From: Geobacter sulfurreducens PCA
GTDB taxonomy: Bacteria > Desulfobacterota > Desulfuromonadia > Geobacterales > Geobacteraceae
DNA: 32,000 bases
Reading direction: 5' to 3'
Assembly: GCF_000007985.2 (NCBI RefSeq)
Contig: NC_002939.5
Span: 2,100,001-2,132,000 of the forward strand
Of the stretch, positions 7,336 through 16,738 are shown in pieces; the first letter of the stretch is position 1, and each line of letters opens with the position of its first letter. The position numbers were made by a program, and so were the translations under genes. The notes below the pieces were generated by a model. The model saw nothing but the letters and a program-made list of their open reading frames with translations. It had not been told where the DNA came from and made no database searches.

Positions 7336-9768
7336 TTACACCCCGGTGCGCTCGCGCTCCAGCGCGGCGCACACCCTTATGAATTCCGACTCCATACGTG
7401 AGAGCAGCCGCAACGGCAAGACGTCTTCTCCTTCGCCGAGTCGCTCCATCTCCCCGCATAAGGCTGCGAGGGCAACGGCTCCCAGATTGAGGCACCCGGA
7501 TTTGAGAGTATGTGCAGCCCGTCGGGCGGCAGGCAGGTTCTCCCGCGCCAGGGCCTCCCTCATATCACGCAGGTGCCGTGGCGAATCGGAAATAAAAATA
7601 TCAATGACACGGTCGAGGAGCCCCTCGGACCCGCCCGCCTCCAAGGCACGAATGCCATCCAGAATATCCCGGTCGAGAAGACATTCGGCCTCTTCACTCA
7701 CTCCCCCGGGAGCCTTGTCGTATGCCGCGGATGGCATCGTCTCGTCATGCGGGGACAGCCAGCGCCGGAGCACCATCACCAGATCGTGGCGCATAACCGG
7801 CTTGATGAGGTAATCGTCCATTCCCGCCGCCAGACAGGCCTCCCGGTCGCCCACCTCCACCCTTCCGGTAAGGGCGATGATGTGAGTTCGGCCTGTGAGC
7901 TGTCCGGTACGCTCCATGCGGCGAATTTCGGCTGTGGCGACAATCCCGTTCATACCGGTCATCTGGCAATCCATGAACACCATGTCGAACCGCTCAGCCG
8001 AGACGGCAGCCACGGCTTCGGCTCCGTCAGAGACCACCATGACATCCGCCCCGAGGCTTCGGAGCATCTCCTGCAACACCATTCGGTTGACGGCATTGTC
8101 CTCTGCCAGCAATAGGCGAGAAGGAAAAGACCCAGCAGCTTCATGGGACGGTTCCGGTTCCGGCTCACCCGTATCCGGCACCACCGACAGGGCGACCGTG
8201 AACCGGAAAACGGATCCGCACCCCGGCTCACTGTCGCAACTGACCGTGCCCCCCATGAGCTCCACAAGATGGCGGACAATGGCGAGCCCCAGCCCCGTGC
8301 CTCCGAAACGGCGGGTATTGGAGTCGTCGGCCTGGGTGAACGGGTGGAACAAACGGGGCAGCATATCCTGGGGAATGCCGATCCCCGTATCGCTTACGAT
8401 GCAGCTGAGTCGGCAGACTCCACCCTCCACGCTCCCGCGAACGGTCAGTGTGATTGTCCCCTTGAGGGTGAATTTCACGGCATTGTCGAGAAGATTCCCC
8501 AACACCTGACGGAGCCGGTGGCGGTCGCCCAGAAGGCGGTCGGGCACCTCTCCTGCCATGGAGTATTCAAGGAAGACCCCCTTCTGGCGGGCTCGCTCAC
8601 CATAAATGGTGGCCATTTCTTCAATGACACGGCGCGCCGCAAAGGGCAGCTGCTCCATCTTCAGTTTTCCCGACTCAATACGGGAAAAATCGAGCAGATC
8701 GTTAATGACCTGCATGAGCAGTTCACCGGATGACCGGATGATCTCAGCATACTCGCGCTGTTTGGCTTGAAGGTCGGTTTCGAGAAGGAGACTGACCATG
8801 CCGAGGACGCCGTTCATGGGCGTGCGGATCTCGTGACTCACATTGGCCAGGAACCGCGATTTTGACTGACTGGCGGAATCTGCGGCTTCTTTCGCCTTGC
8901 TCAGGTCGGCAACAGCCCGCTCCAGTTCCTCGTTGGTCCGCGACAGATCTTCGGTGCGGCGGGCGACTTCCTCCCCCAGGTCTTCGCGGTTCCGCTTCAG
9001 ATTCGCGTCACTTTCTTCGATGATCTGAAGCATCCTATTGAAGCCGGACACGAGTTCGCCGATCTCGTCGACCCCTCCCCCCGCGGCCCGTACCGAGTAG
9101 TTGTGCTCCTCAGCAACACGCCGCGTAACCTCAAGCAATTCGGCAATCGGCGCAGAAACCCGTCGCTGCAGCTTTGAAGACAGAACGTAGGCAAAGGCGG
9201 AGAGCATAAGCAGCAGCACTCCTCCGCTTACCGCATACCAGCGCAAACGCGAGTATATCTCCCGGTAATCGCCCCGCAGATAGACGGTGCCGATGACCTC
9301 CCCGTCTAGTATTATCGGCCTGAACATATCGAGGTGGTCGCCATGCCAATGATGACTGGGAAGGGAATCTCCCATCTTCTCCACCATCTGTTGCCGATAC
9401 TCGATCCAGGTGGTTGCGTCATCCGCCGACGAGTTTGCGGCAGGCGATGCCAGTGACCCCTTCCGTCGGTAATGCGCAAAAATCGAGCCATCCTTGAGGT
9501 AGATGCGCCCAACGATGATGTGGGGATCCGTCTTGAGGACATCCAGCATCTCCGAGGCAGCCCGGACATCGTTAAAAACGATGCTGGTCATACTTTTGTC
9601 ACCGACAACACCTGCAATGATCTCCAACCGCCTCAGAAGTTCTGGCGGCTCCATCGTCAGGTCCCGCACCACGAACCCGGCAAACGCCAGTATCAGCACC
9701 GTCACGCAGGTGGCCATGGTGACCAGTGTCAGCCTGCGGTCAAGGGACAAGGGTATCCTCCTCATCAT
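7336..9768 (-). CDS. hybrid sensor histidine kinase (2 TM + periplasmic sensor, HAMP, HisKA, HATPase, REC, Hpt)
   Basis: H-box [19 protein letters not shown]-box LLDNAVKF, G1 DTGIGI, G2 [13 protein letters not shown] domain ([10 protein letters not shown]...[11 protein letters not shown]). C-terminal Hpt ([13 protein letters not shown]). Confidence 0.9.
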   Translation of the reverse strand: MMRRIPLSLDRRLTLVTMATCVTVLILAFAGFVVRDLTMEPPELLRRLEIIAGVVGDKSMTSIVFNDVRAASEMLDVLKTDPHIIVGRIYLKDGSIFAHYRRKGSLASPAANSSADDATTWIEYRQQMVEKMGDSLPSHHWHGDHLDMFRPIILDGEVIGTVYLRGDYREIYSRLRWYAVSGGVLLLMLSAFAYVLSSKLQRRVSAPIAELLEVTRRVAEEHNYSVRAAGGGVDEIGELVSGFNRMLQIIEESDANLKRNREDLGEEVARRTEDLSRTNEELERAVADLSKAKEAADSASQSKSRFLANVSHEIRTPMNGVLGMVSLLLETDLQAKQREYAEIIRSSGELLMQVINDLLDFSRIESGKLKMEQLPFAARRVIEEMATIYGERARQKGVFLEYSMAGEVPDRLLGDRHRLRQVLGNLLDNAVKFTLKGTITLTVRGSVEGGVCRLSCIVSDTGIGIPQDMLPRLFHPFTQADDSNTRRFGGTGLGLAIVRHLVELMGGTVSCDSEPGCGSVFRFTVALSVVPDTGEPEPEPSHEAAGSFPSRLLLAEDNAVNRMVLQEMLRSLGADVMVVSDGAEAVAAVSAERFDMVFMDCQMTGMNGIVATAEIRRMERTGQLTGRTHIIALTGRVEVGDREACLAAGMDDYLIKPVMRHDLVMVLRRWLSPHDETMPSAAYDKAPGGVSEEAECLLDRDILDGIRALEAGGSEGLLDRVIDIFISDSPRHLRDMREALARENLPAARRAAHTLKSGCLNLGAVALAALCGEMERLGEGEDVLPLRLLSRMESEFIRVCAALERERTGV

Positions 9769-9852
9769 AGGTACTGTCCCATGCTGTTATGCTCTGACGC
9801 GGCACCTTCAACCGCGCATTTATTGCAACCATTTAATATTTTCATAATAGAA

Positions 9853-9879
9853 TGCTAAAAATTGCACGCTGTTTTAGCA
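9853..9879 (-). terminator. AT-rich hairpin downstream of mgtC / upstream of the kinase (weak terminator or operator)
   Basis: Perfect 8-bp inverted repeat tgctaaaa (9853-9860) / ttttagca (9872-9879) with an 11-nt loop. It is followed on the minus strand by UUCUAUUAU. Confidence 0.25.
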
Positions 9880-9912
9880 CGTGACACTTCACTCGTGACG
9901 CCGGCCGGCAAA

Positions 9913-10590
9913 TCAGTCGATCCTGACTCGCTTAACGCCGGCCACGGACACCACTGCATCCATAATGCCGCATGCATGACCGCGGGAAGTGACTTTGACC
10001 TGATAGGTGAGACGCAGACTTGCTGCCGTCATATCCCTCTCCACGCTCATTGTGAGTACCTGAAGACGACACTCTTGCAAAATCTGTTCAATACGTTCCA
10101 GCTGTCCTTCCAGATCGTCGCTCCAGACCTTGACGGAGGTGTACGTATCGCGGGAAAGCAGCCCCTCGACCCTCTTGAGCAGAAGCAGGGCCGCCAGCGA
10201 GATGGCAGTGACGAACAGCGAGATGGCGAACAGACCGATACCGCAGGAAAGTCCGATGGCGGCGGCGACCCAGAGGCAGGCAGCGGTGGTAAGACCCCTG
10301 ATTGAAGTTCCTTCGCGAATTATGGCCCCGGCGCCCAGAAAGCCGATACCGGCCACCACCTGGGCTGCTACACGGCCGGGGTCGGCACCGATGGAGCCTA
10401 CGCCGCTCGTATTGGCATAGAGACGATGGAACTCGATAGAGGTGACAACAAAGAGGCAGGCGCCAAGGGAAACGAGCAGGTGGGTTCTGAAACCGGCGGG
10501 ACGACCGTGCAGCTCGCGCTCCAGACCAATGAGTGCGCCAAGGACAGACGCGAGGACAAGCCTTCCTATCATCTCAAACGTGAAATCCAT
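9913..10590 (-). CDS. mgtC: MgtC/SapB family membrane protein
   Basis: N-terminus RLVLASVLGALIGLERELHGRPAGFRTHLLVSLGACLF is the MgtC signature. There are five TM helices and a soluble ACT-like C-terminal domain. GAGGAA RBS. Confidence 0.8.
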   Translation of the reverse strand: MDFTFEMIGRLVLASVLGALIGLERELHGRPAGFRTHLLVSLGACLFVVTSIEFHRLYANTSGVGSIGADPGRVAAQVVAGIGFLGAGAIIREGTSIRGLTTAACLWVAAAIGLSCGIGLFAISLFVTAISLAALLLLKRVEGLLSRDTYTSVKVWSDDLEGQLERIEQILQECRLQVLTMSVERDMTAASLRLTYQVKVTSRGHACGIMDAVVSVAGVKRVRID

Positions 10591-10632
10591 GGTTCCTCAC
10601 AGGCGCCGGAAATGGTCCGACAGAGTGTGATG

Positions 10633-11508
10633 TCAGCCGTCGGTTGGCTCTGGATCGAGCGTAACGGTCAGGGAGTAGCGGGACTCGCAGTCACCGGCCC
10701 GAACCGCGAGAGTCATGCGGCAGACTCTGCCGCTTACGGTCGGAATGCCGACCAGGCTCAACTCGGGATATCCTGCGGGGCCGACCGGTTCTTCAAGGGA
10801 AACGTGCGGCCCATCGGAAACGGGCATTGCCATAGCGCCGTGCTCCGGCGGTTGAGCGACGACTGCATCGTCCCGGGTCTCCTTCACATCCTCCGTGAGC
10901 CCCTCCACCCCTCCGCCATCGGATGACTGGCGATCCCGCAGGTTCCGGATCACCGACTTTACCACGCGTGACAGGGCGGACAGTATGCCCTCCCCCGTAA
11001 CCGCCGAGCAGGGAAGCGCAACTGCATCGACCCCCAGTTCACAGCGCAGGTCGTCGGCGGAAACGGCATCCGGCAGATCGCTCTTATTGCACACCATCTC
11101 AAACGGCAGTGCCGAAACATCCTGACCGTACCCACGGGAAATCTCCCGCAGATCCTCAAGGCTCCGCCGGGTGCCGGCAAAGCCGTCGGGGGACGCGTCC
11201 GCAACAAAAATCACCCCATCAGCCCCCTTGAGCACCATCTTCCAGGTGGCGGGATCGGCAACTTCGCCCTGCACCGTATAGAGATGGAACCGGACCCGGT
11301 TGCCGTTCACTTCGCCCAGCTCCGGCGGCATCACGTCGAAAAAAAAGAGGCGGTCCTGGCGTCCCCCGACGGTTTTGAGGGGCCCCCTGAACTCCTGTTT
11401 GAGCTTGCCGTGGATGTAGCGTAGCAGTGAGGATTTGCCGGAACAAGGTGCTCCGAAGAAGACGATCTTGGCGTTGATTTCGCGTTTCGCGCTGTTGAGC
11501 AGGGCCAT
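10633..11508 (-). CDS. MglA-like Ras-superfamily small GTPase with ~100-aa C-terminal extension
   Basis: Collinear by eye with Myxococcus MglA. Motifs: REINAKIVFFGAPCSGKSS (P-loop), DRLFFFDV, RFHLYTVQGEV (switch II region), ILKGADGVIFVAD, NKSD (G4). GGAG RBS. Residues ~190-291 have no MglA counterpart. Confidence 0.75.
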   Translation of the reverse strand: MALLNSAKREINAKIVFFGAPCSGKSSLLRYIHGKLKQEFRGPLKTVGGRQDRLFFFDVMPPELGEVNGNRVRFHLYTVQGEVADPATWKMVLKGADGVIFVADASPDGFAGTRRSLEDLREISRGYGQDVSALPFEMVCNKSDLPDAVSADDLRCELGVDAVALPCSAVTGEGILSALSRVVKSVIRNLRDRQSSDGGGVEGLTEDVKETRDDAVVAQPPEHGAMAMPVSDGPHVSLEEPVGPAGYPELSLVGIPTVSGRVCRMTLAVRAGDCESRYSLTVTLDPEPTDG

Positions 11509-11550
11509 GTGAATCTCCGGAAAGGGCGTGGCAGGCGGCGTAAGCCCCCA

Positions 11551-12474
11551 CTACCGCTTCTCCTTTTTTGCAATAAGCAGCTTCCGTGCTTGGGTTGAGA
11601 GGACCGTCTGGATGTTCTTGCTCTTGGCCAGATGAGACAGGTCCTTCTCGGTAAGGGTCGTCAGCAGGCGAAGTGCGGAATGGATCGGGGTTTTGGGATT
11701 CTCGACCAGTGCCTTGCGAATCTGGTAATTCTTGAGCCATTCCTTGCTCGCGCAGACGACTCTGAGGATTTCATCGTTCTGGATCGATGACTTGACAATG
11801 GCAAGGACTTCCGACTCGGTGATGCGCGGGTTTCTGATAACAGTCCCGGATACGAGCTTATTGGAGTCCTTGATGAGAATCATCCTCCATTCCTTGTCGC
11901 CGGTCTGGGCTATCTTGATCTTCTCGGCAACCCCCATCACCTGGGCGAGTTGATACTTGCTCTTGAACTGCTCACTCTCCTCGTCCACCGGTTCATCATC
12001 CTCTTCGGCGGGCACTTCATCCTGCGGCGGGTGCTCCGTAGTATGCACAGGGTGTACGGTCGTCACTCCCACGGCCGCGGCAATCCCCCGTTCTGCCAGA
12101 AAGGCACGGGTACCGTCGTCGCAATTGGGGTGGACGGCGATCTGGGTGGCCAATTCCCCGTACCGGTAGTGGAGACGTGCAAGGGCATCCAGAACGCGGG
12201 GGTGAAGGGTGCGACACGCCACAGCATCGGCCAGGACGGCCAACGGCACGCCTCTCAACCGCTTTCTCGCACTCCCGTGGACCTCCGCGTCGGTATCCAG
12301 AGCAAGAAAAAACAGGACCGTCACCTCCTCGGCAGCGGGAAGCGCATGCTCTTCGGCGGTGAACCTGAGTTTTTCCTCCCGGGGTGCATCCCTGCGCAGA
12401 AGTGCCGCGGCGGCGGACGATATTCTCAGGGTGACTGCCAGGACTTTCCTCCCGCTACTTGCCGGCTCCGGCAA
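11551..12474 (-). CDS. hypothetical helical-repeat protein (HEAT/LRV-like repeats, acidic linker)
   Basis: Long ORF co-oriented with its neighbours. The C-terminal half has repeats of the type RNPRITESEVLAIVKSS / ENPKTPIHSALRLLTTL. There is an acidic stretch PAEEDDEPVDEESEQF. The annotated start is a TTG overlapping the SPOR gene 3' end by 20 nt and has no good SD, so the start is uncertain. Confidence 0.55.
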   Translation of the reverse strand: MPEPASSGRKVLAVTLRISSAAAALLRRDAPREEKLRFTAEEHALPAAEEVTVLFFLALDTDAEVHGSARKRLRGVPLAVLADAVACRTLHPRVLDALARLHYRYGELATQIAVHPNCDDGTRAFLAERGIAAAVGVTTVHPVHTTEHPPQDEVPAEEDDEPVDEESEQFKSKYQLAQVMGVAEKIKIAQTGDKEWRMILIKDSNKLVSGTVIRNPRITESEVLAIVKSSIQNDEILRVVCASKEWLKNYQIRKALVENPKTPIHSALRLLTTLTEKDLSHLAKSKNIQTVLSTQARKLLIAKKEKR

Positions 12475-13639
12475 GGACAGGCTTGAGCCCGGCCTTCTTG
12501 AGCGCTGCGGCAGCCTTGAGAGCTTCGTCTTTCGTCTCGAACATGCCAGCGGTCAGCACAAGGGTGGGCACGGATACCGACGACTTGCGGAGGGCCACCT
12601 TTATCCCGAGGGAAGCCAGTCGAGCTTGTTCGCGCTGGGCCCGCTCGGCAACGAAATAGGATCCGGCATAGACCCGGTAGGTGCCGCCTTCGTTCAGAAT
12701 AAACCCTTCCACCGTGGCGTCCTTGAGGCGGGCAAGCTCGCGGCGGGCTCCTTCCTGATCAGCAGCCTCGGTCAGCAACAGGCGGACCATCGGTTCCTTC
12801 TTTTTGCTCCCTTCCTTCACAACCGGTGTGAGCCCGGCATTCCGGACCCTGTCCTTATCCTTGTCCATGGCGGAGGGAACCACATATTCGCCGATTCTGA
12901 GGGTATACGGCCCGGTAGCAGCCACCTTTGAGACGGTGGCCGTGCTTTTCGCGACAGCGGCGGCTTTGGGTTTGTCCTTCCTGGCTGTCGCAGCGGCCCC
13001 CTTTGTATCGCCGGCCTTGGCGGCCGCTGTGGCCGGCTCGACCGGTGCAGGCTTTTTCTTGCCGGGAGCACCAGCAGCAGCCTTTGCGGCAACAGCGGCT
13101 TCGGGCTTCGCCCCCTTGTTGGCAGCCGGTTTTGCGGTCGGCTCTGCTTTCTTTGCGGCTTCCGCTTTAGCCTTGTCTGCAGCAGGCGCAGGTGCGGGTT
13201 TCGCCGGGGCGGTCTTGGCCACTGCCTGTGGTGCGGGAGCCGACTTCGCGGTCTTGGCCGGTGCGGGTTCGGGTTTTTTCGCGGCATCCTTGGAGGGCGC
13301 GGCCTTCGGGGCCGGCTCTTTCTGAGCCTCGGCTTTCCCAGCTTCCGGCTTGGCGGGTTCGGTTTTCGGGGCAGCGGCAGATTCGATTTTCGCCGCATCC
13401 TTCGCACCCTCGCCAGCAGGCTGCGCCTCGGTCCGCGGAGGGATGGGCTGCTTGACCTGAGCCGGTTGGACCGGTGCAGGAGCCTTCACTTCTTCACGGG
13501 GCTTGATGAAGCCGGTGAAATAGTAGAGGTATCCGAATACCGCCACGAGCAACAGGAGGACAAGCAGGAGTACCCGCGTGTTTCCCCCTTTGTTTTCCGG
13601 CTCCCGGCCTGCGGGTTCCTGATCGAATTCGATGTTCAT
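12455..13639 (-). CDS. SPOR-domain protein with N-terminal TM anchor and long Ala/Pro/Lys-rich linker
   Basis: I start at the internal Met (ATG 13639-13637), preceded by a GGAGGAGG RBS. TM helix VLLLVLLLLVAVFGYLYYF. The C-terminal ~150 aa carry two SPOR-like repeats (YTLRIGEYV...VRLLL ; YRVYAGSYFVAERAQREQARLASLG...). Confidence 0.75.
   Translation of the reverse strand: MNIEFDQEPAGREPENKGGNTRVLLLVLLLLVAVFGYLYYFTGFIKPREEVKAPAPVQPAQVKQPIPPRTEAQPAGEGAKDAAKIESAAAPKTEPAKPEAGKAEAQKEPAPKAAPSKDAAKKPEPAPAKTAKSAPAPQAVAKTAPAKPAPAPAADKAKAEAAKKAEPTAKPAANKGAKPEAAVAAKAAAGAPGKKKPAPVEPATAAAKAGDTKGAAATARKDKPKAAAVAKSTATVSKVAATGPYTLRIGEYVVPSAMDKDKDRVRNAGLTPVVKEGSKKKEPMVRLLLTEAADQEGARRELARLKDATVEGFILNEGGTYRVYAGSYFVAERAQREQARLASLGIKVALRKSSVSVPTLVLTAGMFETKDEALKAAAALKKAGLKPVLAGAGK
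12917..13489 (-). other. low-complexity A/P/K/E-rich coding segment (~190 aa) of the SPOR protein
   Basis: Read from the translation (KPEAGKAEAQKEPAPKAAPSKDAAKKPEPAPAKTAKSAPAP...). It generates long spurious ORFs in other frames (12804-13325 +, 12817-13407 -). Confidence 0.8.
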
Positions 13640-13659
13640 AACGCTCGTTACCTCCTCCG

Positions 13660-13686
13660 AAAACCGCTGCCGTGCGCAGGGCGCGG
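13660..13686 (-). terminator. possible weak terminator/attenuator between EF-G2 and the SPOR gene
   Basis: Minus strand: CCGCGCC - CTGCGCAC - GGCaGCGG followed by TTTT, immediately before the SPOR RBS. The stem is 7 bp with one bulge and the U-tract is short. Confidence 0.25.
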
Positions 13687-13730
13687 AGCGCCGTCTGTCG
13701 GTGCGTCCGCCGCCTGTGACCCGCTGCAGC

Positions 13731-15824
13731 TTAATGATTATTCTTGCCTTCCGCCTTCTGGGACTCGGCAACGACTTTCTGCGCCAGATGCGTCGGGACT
13801 TCCTCGTAGTGGGAGAATTCCATGGTGAAAAGCCCTCGGTCGCTCGTCATGGACTTGAGGTCGTTGGCATAGGCCAGCACCTCGGACATGGGGACCACGG
13901 CACGGATGATCTGGGAATTGGCCTTGGGCTCAACCCCCACCACCTTACCCCGACGGGAGTTCAGGTCACCGATGACGTCGCCCATGGTCTCTTCGGGCAC
14001 GGTGACCTTCATGTTCATCATCGGCTCCAGCAGCACCACCTTGGCCGTCTCCATGGCCTTTTTGAACGCGAGGGAGCCGGCCACCTTGAACGCCATCTCC
14101 GACGAATCAACCGTGTGGAAAGAGCCGTCATAGACCGCCGCCTTGAAGTCCACCAGGGGGTAGCCGGCAAGGAAGCCGTCCTGGGATGCCTCGAAGATCC
14201 CTTTTTCCACGGCAGGAATATACTGTCGGGGTATAACACCACCCACGATCTTATCCTCGAACTGGAACCCATCTCCCCGGCCGAGCGGCGAGAATTCAAC
14301 CCAGCAGTCGCCGTACTGGCCCCGTCCGCCGGATTGCTTCTTGTACTTGCCTTGGGCCTTGACCTGGGCTTTGAAGGTTTCAAGGTAGGGAACTTTCTGC
14401 GTCTTCATTTCCACGTCTACGTTGAACTTCCGCTTGAGCTTCTCGATGGTCACTTCCAGGTGAACTTGACCCATGCCTGAAAGAATCAGTTCCCGGGTCT
14501 TCTCGTCGCGGCGGACCTGAATGGTCTGATCCTCTTCCATGAGCCTCTGGAGTGCACCGTGGATCTTGTCCTCGTCATTCTTGGTCTTGGGCTGGACCGC
14601 GTAGGAAATCACCGGCTGGAGCGGTTTCGCCGGTTCGTAGATGATGGGGTGATCCTTGTCGCAGAGGGTGTCGCCCGTGAGGGTTTCCTTGAGCTTGGCA
14701 ACCGCAACGATGTCGCCGGCAACGGCCTGCTTGATCGGCTTCTGCTTTTTGCCCTCCAGTTCATAGATCTGGCCGATCCGCTCCTCGCATTCACGGACCG
14801 GATTGTAGATGGTGGAGTCGGAATTGAGGACGCCGGAATAGACCCGGAAGATGGATATCTTGCCGGTGTAGGGATCAGAGGTGGTCTTGAAGACCAGGGC
14901 AGAGAAGGGCTCACTCTCCTCCGGGCGCCGCTCGATCGGTTCGCCGTTCTTGGGGTTGGCACCGGCAACGGCTCCCCGATCCTGGGGTGACGGCAGGCAG
15001 GCGCAGATATAATCCAGCAGATGACGCACGCCGATGTTCATGGTGGCCGAACCGCAGAAGACCGGTGTGAAGGTGTAACGCAGGGTTCCCACCCGCAGGC
15101 CGTCCAGGATCTCCTCCTCGGTCAGCTCACCCGTTTCCAGGTACTTCTCGGTGAGGCCGTCATAAGCCTCGGCCACGGTTTCAACCAGATGCTCGCGGAG
15201 CCGCTGGGCCTCGTCACGATACTCGGCGGGAATTTCTTCTTCCTTGAAGGTGCCGGAGGTGTCTTTGGCGTAACGGTACGCTTTCATCGTGATCAGGTCG
15301 ATGACCCCCTCGAAGGTCTCAGCCGCGCCAAGCGGCATCTGGACGGCAACCCCACGAGCCTTGAGTGATTTCTCCATATCGTCGATGGCCCGCAGGAAAT
15401 TGGCATATTCCCGGTCCATCTTGTTCACGAAGGCGATGCGCGGCAACTCGAACTCGTTGGCCCACTCCCAGACCTCCTCGGTCTGCACCTTGACCCCCGA
15501 GATGGCAGAAAGAATGACAACGCAGCCGCCAAGAGCACGCATGCAGGCCCGGGTATCGGCGATGAAGTTGCCGTAGCCAGGGGTATCGACAATATGGAGT
15601 GAATGACCGTTCCACTCGCAGTGATCCAGGGAGGACGAAATCGTGATCTTGCGCTTGATCTCCTCGGGCTCGAAATCCATGGTGGAGGTGCCGTCGTCCA
15701 CCCGGCCGAGGCGGTCGATCATCCCGGCCGTGTACAGGATGGCCTCGGTGAGCGAGGTCTTGCCGGCGCCCCCGTGGGCCACAATTCCAAGGTTTCTCAG
15801 CTTCGCGGTATCATACTTGCCCAT
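13731..15824 (-). CDS. elongation factor G paralog (EF-G2-type translational GTPase)
   Basis: 697-aa ORF with a GGGAGGA RBS. G1 VAHGGAGKTSLTEAILY has Gly where canonical EF-G has the Asp of AHIDAGKT. Also DTPGYGNF and NKMD. EF-G domains II-V are recognisable. It is not in an rpsL-rpsG-fusA-tuf context. Confidence 0.85.
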   Translation of the reverse strand: MGKYDTAKLRNLGIVAHGGAGKTSLTEAILYTAGMIDRLGRVDDGTSTMDFEPEEIKRKITISSSLDHCEWNGHSLHIVDTPGYGNFIADTRACMRALGGCVVILSAISGVKVQTEEVWEWANEFELPRIAFVNKMDREYANFLRAIDDMEKSLKARGVAVQMPLGAAETFEGVIDLITMKAYRYAKDTSGTFKEEEIPAEYRDEAQRLREHLVETVAEAYDGLTEKYLETGELTEEEILDGLRVGTLRYTFTPVFCGSATMNIGVRHLLDYICACLPSPQDRGAVAGANPKNGEPIERRPEESEPFSALVFKTTSDPYTGKISIFRVYSGVLNSDSTIYNPVRECEERIGQIYELEGKKQKPIKQAVAGDIVAVAKLKETLTGDTLCDKDHPIIYEPAKPLQPVISYAVQPKTKNDEDKIHGALQRLMEEDQTIQVRRDEKTRELILSGMGQVHLEVTIEKLKRKFNVDVEMKTQKVPYLETFKAQVKAQGKYKKQSGGRGQYGDCWVEFSPLGRGDGFQFEDKIVGGVIPRQYIPAVEKGIFEASQDGFLAGYPLVDFKAAVYDGSFHTVDSSEMAFKVAGSLAFKKAMETAKVVLLEPMMNMKVTVPEETMGDVIGDLNSRRGKVVGVEPKANSQIIRAVVPMSEVLAYANDLKSMTSDRGLFTMEFSHYEEVPTHLAQKVVAESQKAEGKNNH

Positions 15825-15914
15825 ACATCCTCCCGTGACGTGTAAGGTAGAGGTCGGCGTCGACCCGTGATTCCCACAGTGGGCACTTCACATCCGCTGC
15901 AATTATCCGCTGTC

Positions 15915-16682
15915 TCACTCCCTGTTTCGTTCGTACAGTATGCGCAATCCCTCCAGTGTCAGATATTCCTCGACGGCTTCGATGGTCTTGGACTCCGGCG
16001 CTATGAGGGACGCCAACCCTCCGGTAGCGATAACCCGGGGCGCATCCTTGCTCTCGGCCTTCATCCGGGTGACGATCTCGTCTACGAGCCCCACGTAACC
16101 ATAGTAAATTCCCGCCTGCATCGAATTGACCGTGTTCCTGGCAATGATCGCGGACGGACGTATGATATCAACCCTGGGCAGCTTGCTGGCCCGCTGGAAC
16201 AGGGCCTCGGTGGAAATGACGAGTCCCGGCGCGATGGCCCCTCCGCAGTACTCTCCCTTGCGGTTCACGTAGTCGAACGTGGTAGCGGTGCCGAAATCGA
16301 CGATAATGAGAGAGGTGCGGTACTTCTCGTACCCCGCCACCGCGTTCACGATCCGGTCGGCCCCCACCTCCCGGGGGTTGTCGTACTGGATTGGCATGCC
16401 TGTCTTGATGCCCGGTCCCACCACCAGGGGACGCATCCCGAAATACCCCAGGGAAAGACGCTCCAGCACGCCGGTGAGGGGCGGCACCACCGAGGAGATG
16501 ATCACCGCGCGGATCTGATCGAGCCCAAGGCCCGCCAAGCGGAACAACTCATTTATGAGAATACCGTACTCGTCGGTAGTACGGGCCTTGTCCGTGGAGA
16601 CCCGCCAATCCCTCACCAGGCGCTCGCCATCGTAAATCCCGAGCACGATATTGGTATTACCCACGTCTATAACAAGAAGCAC
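15915..16682 (-). CDS. coaX: type III pantothenate kinase
   Basis: [19 protein letters not shown]... and [13 protein letters not shown] motifs, length 255 aa. All are typical of CoaX. Confidence 0.9.
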   Translation of the reverse strand: MLLVIDVGNTNIVLGIYDGERLVRDWRVSTDKARTTDEYGILINELFRLAGLGLDQIRAVIISSVVPPLTGVLERLSLGYFGMRPLVVGPGIKTGMPIQYDNPREVGADRIVNAVAGYEKYRTSLIIVDFGTATTFDYVNRKGEYCGGAIAPGLVISTEALFQRASKLPRVDIIRPSAIIARNTVNSMQAGIYYGYVGLVDEIVTRMKAESKDAPRVIATGGLASLIAPESKTIEAVEEYLTLEGLRILYERNRE

Positions 16683-16738
16683 ACTTCCTCCACACGGTGA
16701 GACGTCCCCCGGGAATACGGCGCGTTACCGCCGTCCCC

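Noticed and set aside
12804-13407. Alternative-frame ORFs (173 aa plus strand, 196 aa minus strand) in the A/P/K-rich segment
   Set aside because: These are by-products of low-complexity GC-rich codons in the SPOR gene. Their translations are themselves low-complexity.
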